Shown here piece by piece: positions 58,201 through 64,000 of a DNA stretch of 64,000 bases (position 1 is the stretch's first letter; each line of letters opens with the position of its first letter). Source of the DNA: Tubulanus polymorphus (lineage: Eukaryota > Animalia > Nemertea); NCBI RefSeq assembly GCF_964204645.1, contig NC_134025.1, forward strand, positions 31,762,788 through 31,826,787, in the 5' to 3' direction. The notes under the pieces are model-generated. The model did not search any database and was not told where the DNA came from. It saw nothing but the letters and a program-made list of their open reading frames with translations. A program made the position numbers and the translations under genes.

Positions 58201-61200
58201 GATCGAAGTCTAAAAGCTATAAACTGACAAATTGATCGAGCGCTGATAATACTTTAAATAACAGCGGAGGATGAAATGACTTTCATAAACTGATATGATC
58301 GTGAAAAATGGCAAAATACACTAGATACACCTCCCCCACGCTTTATCAGAGTCTCATTGTAGTAGGAAGATTGCCGTAGACTAACTGTAAAAACTACAAC
58401 TACATCTGGTTGAATATCATTTGTTTTTACGGCTTTTAAATTCAGTAAAATATTTCCTGATAGAAGTATAATTAGTTCGCAGCCCCTTAAATTCTGTCTA
58501 GAATAGAATTATAAGTCACAGGTAGAAATAGAATATTATCCTATTCTAAAATGAATATAATAATAGAACAATAGTCTCTCCGTGTCAATCTTTGTCCCAC
58601 CTAAGAATTGTACAGTTTATTTCAGAAAATATGTCCCATCTTTTTGAAAAGGATAACTAATTATTAAGGATATCTATGAATAGTGATATACTGTGCCATG
58701 AAGGCAAATGAAGAAGTGTGTCCATAAAAGTGATTACAAAACATATCACTTATTCTAATGAGTTCTATACTCTTCTTCCAAAAATGAAGAGTAGGTCTCT
58801 GTCTAAGAATCTGCAGAAAAAAGAGGAAGCAGCGATGAATGTGAACTGCATCTCGACTCTCGTCAATAATTTTCTAAGTCGTCCTATACAGTTCTCAGTA
58901 TTTACAGCCGTTTTTAAAATAGCACAGAAGAAAATACATCTTTCAGCTGGAAATGTATCAGTAAACGGCCAGATATCAACAGTAATTATTACGTATGATT
59001 GTTGTTTCATTGAATTATTAATGAAACCGTTTTTTGATCGGAGCCAAGGAGCAGTTTGTGATCATTCAAAAAATATCTCTCATTCCTGACAACATTAAAT
59101 AATGGCCCTCAAAATTGAAACGTCCCAATTCAAAAATCTGGGGGCAATTATCTCATAACGATTGAGAGAAGTGACGGTGAAATAACGTGCGCACTCACCG
59201 GGGATCAAACCCGGGTCTCATAGAAATAACAACCAGTAAAATAGAACGAGTCCAATTGGCCGATGCTTATACAGCTTACTGTAACATGACATGTTGCGAC
59301 CACATGACGTGTTTCATAATGATTAATCCTTTCTTAGAATAATAAAAAGATGGGACACATTTTCTGAAATATCCTGAATTTCGAAACTAAAACTACGACT
59401 AAACCACCTGTACCTGTACCTAAAACCCCACCCTATATCCCTCCCTCCAAAATCCCACCACCACCCCTACATCCCTCCCGCCCTCCCTCACACCTTCCCT
59501 CCTGCCCTCCCGGACCCTTTCCCTCCCGCCCTCCCTCACCCCTTCCCTCCCGCCCTCCCTCACTCCTTCCCTCCCTCACCCCATACGTCCCCCAAACCTA
59601 CCCACCCTCCCTAAACCCTGTGGTTAGGTGAGATGAATGTTCTGATGTTTTAGTTAGACGGATGGGAATCTAATGAAGATGAGAGAACATTAAATCACTG
59701 TTCAATCACAGGATGAAGTAATGCAGTGATCTGAATCTCAGTATCGGTACACAATGTTACATGTATCTGTAACTGTACAATCAGTATGAAATAAGTACAG
59801 CAGTTTAATCTATAGAAATTCTAACTCTCAAGATACACATGATCTGATTATCACGAAGGAACATGATTGATAACAGTTGTATCATTGACATCAGGAACCA
59901 GTTTCATATTGATTAGAAATAACATTTGAGTTGACCACAATTTAGAAAACCTGTTAACCCGCTTACAGAAATAACAATCCCAACCATGAACTGATTATAG
60001 TCAAATATTCATCAAAAGAAATTTGAAATGATTGAATAAATGCAACAGGTTTCTGAGATTTCATTTCAAAACATGGTTTATAACAAACAATATAAAATTG
60101 GTCCCTTAAAATCAATTCAACAACCGATAAATAAAGATTAATGTTACTTATCTTGAATTTCCACATAGGCTATAGTGATTCCTGATGTCATGCTGAATCC
60201 AAGAGTGATTCCCGATGTCCGGCGCGAAACCAAAAAAGTCTGATTGTGAAACACTGATTCCTTGTTGTCCTGTGCTGAATCTAAGAGTGATTCTTGTTTT
60301 GAAGTGATACCTATAATAGACAAATCTAAGATTGTTTTCTTTCCTTAGAAATAACTGCAGAAATATCAAATCTAAAATTCAAACTTACAAATTAGATTGT
60401 TCGCTCAAATCTGCAGTTCATTTATTCACGGGGTTTTTCTATCCACAGTTTAGGTTTTGCATCTAGAGTTGAACATGAAATATAAACAAAAAGGTAATGA
60501 AAAAATGAACAGTTTAAATATTATCTGTTTCTGAAACCGATGAAGATCATCATCATCATCAATATCACAGACGAATGGAGGCAAGTAGAGGCATCCATCC
60601 TCCCGCGGCAGGGATTCGAACCTGATGGCATCCAGATTGCCACGGTACGAAACCCTGCCACACTAGACCGAGTGCGCAGCAGCTACACGCGCAGCTTAGA
60701 TGATGTCATTAATAGCCAATCAGATATTAAGTTTCATTTTAGCCCAGGTTTTACCATTTATAGTTCTTCAAGTTTTTGTGCGGCAAAGCTGCGCATGTAC
60801 CTGCACACCCGGTCTAGTGTGGCAGGGGTTCATACCGTGGCTGAGTGTAGCGAGCGATGTCATCAGGTTGGAATCCCTCCCATGGGAGGATGTTGGTGTC
60901 CGACACGTTTGGACTGCTGTGGTGATTAATATCGGTTTAGCGACAGATGAAATAAACTTACAGTTTTCACTGTTTGATGTAATCAGTCGATGGAATCACT
61001 TTAGAACAAATTCATCACAAAACAGCGAGGTGAAGCCCATCGTGGTCTAGATATATCAGGATGGAATGACGTTATGCTTGACTGAGCGCCACCAGTCCAA
61101 GTGCACCGTTTGTAGGATGTACCTCTGAAATAATTTGATTTCCCACAATATCTGAGATGGAATATTTTTCGCCATTTAAACCAATGTTACAAACACTTAC

Positions 61201-61598
61201 CAAATATTGAAATACTGATTTCAGGGGTCGGGAAGGAGGGTGGCAATGTTTGTATTAGGTGAGGTTTTTGCTAAATTTCGTGTTATGGTAAAGCACGCCA
61301 TTTTGATATTGCGTCATAGTGTACCTCAGATTGGGATTCCCGCCGCTAGACTGGTCATCGCCACCTGTATTCGCAAGTAGAAATGGCAACCAGTCTATTG
61401 CAGGTCTCGGCTTCTTTTCGATTATATTGGATTTTTATATTCTACGCATCAAAGAATTTATTCTAATGAAACCCACGCTCTTGGATCAAAGGCCCGTGGA
61501 TTACTTCTTTAGTTCACAGAAATTCCGCTATCGTTATTCATAGGGGCAGCACTGAACGGTTGTTATCTGATGCAGTCTTGCTATTTTACTGTGGCATG

Positions 61599-64000
61599 TG
61601 AGGAATACAGATTTTTCTTAAGTCAAATTTCATTCATCACTCAACACTAGTTTGTTAGAAATTAATAACTCTACCAACATTAGAGCTTTATATAAGGAGA
61701 GTAAATGGTATGATAGAATCTCCCTAATTCCGATCATTGGGACCAACAAAATTCATCCGTTTTACGGCAAATCCGGATTAAAAGTCATTTTCGTGTATAT
61801 TAATGATTAAATTGACTGTAAATATTATCCGGATTAGACAAAAATTCGGATTAAGCCGATGCGGATTAAACGATTTAGTTTGACTGTATCAGCCAATAGA
61901 ATCAGTCTTGGAATACAGAAAGACGTTCACGATTGAGTTATGTACAAATACCGATATGAGAAAAGCTTAGATTCACCTCCTAAGCCATCACCCATGGAAC
62001 TGGCCCCAGGGCACTAAAAAGGCAATTACCAAGAAACAAACACTGACGCGAGTGTTGGCCTGTTTGATAAACGCAGTAACCCTAGTGTTGGCCTTGTACC
62101 ACACTGAACACACGTATTAACAAACTAAGGAAGCCACCAGAACTCAGTGGTCTAGTGGTTAGCGTGCTCGGCTGGCATGCGGGAGGTCGCAGGTTCGAGT
62201 CCTACTAGGGTTAGGGTTACGATCGATCTAGGGTTAGGGTTAGTGCCTCAGGTCGGGGCTAATTTTTGGCCCAGCGAGGTATTTGTAGTACGATGATCAT
62301 CTGTTTGACTCGGGTTATTTTTTGGTCAATATATTCTATACTAACTTATATATTTTGAACACAAATATTCGCTTTATCCTTAGAAGCCACTTTATTTAAA
62401 AGATACTTCGCTCAATACAGTAGTTTATTTCTGAATGAATGAAGAGTTGGTGACATTATTCAATATATATAAAAACCACAATATCTATTATACGGTTGGT
62501 ATGGAACAATTTCCACTCTTTTCCATAGGTGTCGCTTTGGATAAATGTCTATATCTCTTGACCCAATGGACCGATTACGATTAAACTTGATACACAGGAA
62601 CTTTTATCAAGTAGCACTCGGGGTGGGTGAAACCGCTCTAGGTTGAAGTTACACTGTCCTAAAATGGCTCCAAACAACGTGAAATTGGTAGTTAGGCCTA
62701 CTACGAGTACGGGTAGAACACAGTTTGAAATCGTATCGTTGTAGGTTATCGTAAAGAAGATGAATCCGTAGGCACCTAATACGACGATTAACAGTACAAA
62801 TATCGATATAGACACGGTTTTAGTCGAGACATTGATCGCCGGGTTTAAACATTCCTGGATATGACCATGTTTCACAATTAAATTCATCATCTAAATGAGG
62901 ACGACCATCGAACACGTGTCTAATCGCATCATAATGGGTACGGGTGTCCCGCGTTCGAACCCAGTAATTACTGATACTGGTTCAGAGAGGTCCTGATGAT
63001 GATTAGATGATGTACAGGGGTGTCCCGGGTTCGAACTCAGTAGTGGTCCAAGTTGTCCTGATGCTGAATAGAGGATAAACAGCAGTGTCCCGACCGTACG
63101 GTGCTGCCGCTATGCTCATCGTTAGCGGGATTTCCGTACACTAACTGAAGTCAACTCTGGCAATGGTCGTGCTGTCCAGTTATACTCCGTAACCCTTGCT
63201 TGCCAGAGTTGACTAACGTTAGTGTATAAAAATCCCGCTACCGATGAGCATAGGGGCAGCACCGTACGGTAAAATGTTGATGTCTTAACAAAAGTAATTA
63301 CTGATAACTGATTCAGAGAGGCCCTGATGCTGAATATAGGATGTACGGGGGTATCCCGGGTTCGAACCCAGTAATCACGGATACTGATTTTGAGTGGTCC
63401 TGATGCTAATTAGATGATGTACAGCGGTGTCCCGGGTCCAACCCAGTAGTGGTCCCACTGTTGTCCTGATGCTGAATAGAGGATGTACAGGGGTGTCTAT
63501 TCTAGGTTGTTTCTTGAAAAATGATTAAATAACGCACAAATGACTTACAGCAACATTATATATATTTATTCCTCATTGTCGTGTAATGTACCTGCCTTTT
63601 TAAGAATAGTAGTTGGTCAATCGAATTGAAACCCTCGCATACCAGGGTAAAAAAGAATAAATGAATCCCTCGAGTGGACACCAGGGGTCGCAGTTTCACA
63701 AAAAACGATGCATTTTTTAATCTGGATCAAATCTCACAAAAATGAACTCTTCTTTTCTGTTAATCTTTGATGATAATAAAATAAATCCGTATATGTGAAG
63801 CCGTACCCTCGGTAGGATTTGGTTTGCGAGGGTTTCAATCAGATTTAGATGCTGCAGTTTCGCACATTGAATGGCGTGTATTTAAAACCGTCGAATCCAG
63901 TTTCACAGAGAAAGTAAGAATCAATTTCAACTTGGATTTATCTTTTCTTCAAAATAAAATGTTTGAACGCAATTGTATCGTGAAACTCTATATATACCCT
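61599..64000. repeat. Tandem ~11.4 kb unit, copy 3 (truncated by window end)
   Basis: Colinear with 38800-41120 and 50196-52715. Confidence 0.95.
62141..62242 (+). mobile_element. tRNA(Ala)-like element with telomeric blocks, array copy 3
   Basis: A box TGGTCTAGTGG, B box GGTTCGAGTCC; two CTAGGGTTAGGGTTA blocks separated by CGATCGAT. Confidence 0.6.

Larger units (their letters stand above)
50196..61598. repeat. Tandem ~11.4 kb unit, copy 2
   Basis: Duplicated ORF-track entries, e.g. 44986/56072, 47344/58718, 48756/60148. Confidence 0.95.

Noticed and set aside
38800-64000. Autonomous transposon, endogenous virus, rDNA or histone cluster as the 11.4 kb unit; hammerhead ribozymes
   Set aside because: No RT, transposase, Rep/helicase, rRNA or histone sequence recognised; the CTGATGA matches inspected lack the stem II-GAAA arrangement.

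Overview
Eukaryotic (metazoan, probably a lophotrochozoan invertebrate with TTAGGG-type telomeric motifs) genomic DNA. The left 35 kb holds four compact, intron-rich genes: BTBD9 (minus, 3' end runs off the window), a secreted ADAMTS/reprolysin-type metalloprotease without thrombospondin repeats (plus), SUPT3H (plus) and ARFGEF3/BIG3 (minus). Many of the larger introns are filled by their own private minisatellite. Several arrays are tandem copies of the exon-intron junction itself, including a ~3 kb array whose unit reads as a complete GT...branch...AG mini-intron. ARFGEF3 also carries a probable mutually exclusive duplicated exon. From 38800 to the end lies a tandem array of an ~11.4 kb unit (two full copies and one partial). 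It contains decayed spliced gene fragments, MITEs, inverted repeats and a tRNA-like element fused to spaced telomeric repeats, a relative of which also occurs at 6.4 kb. Most long ORFs in the supplied track are repeat artefacts. Exon boundaries were read by hand and family assignments come from recalled motifs, not database searches.
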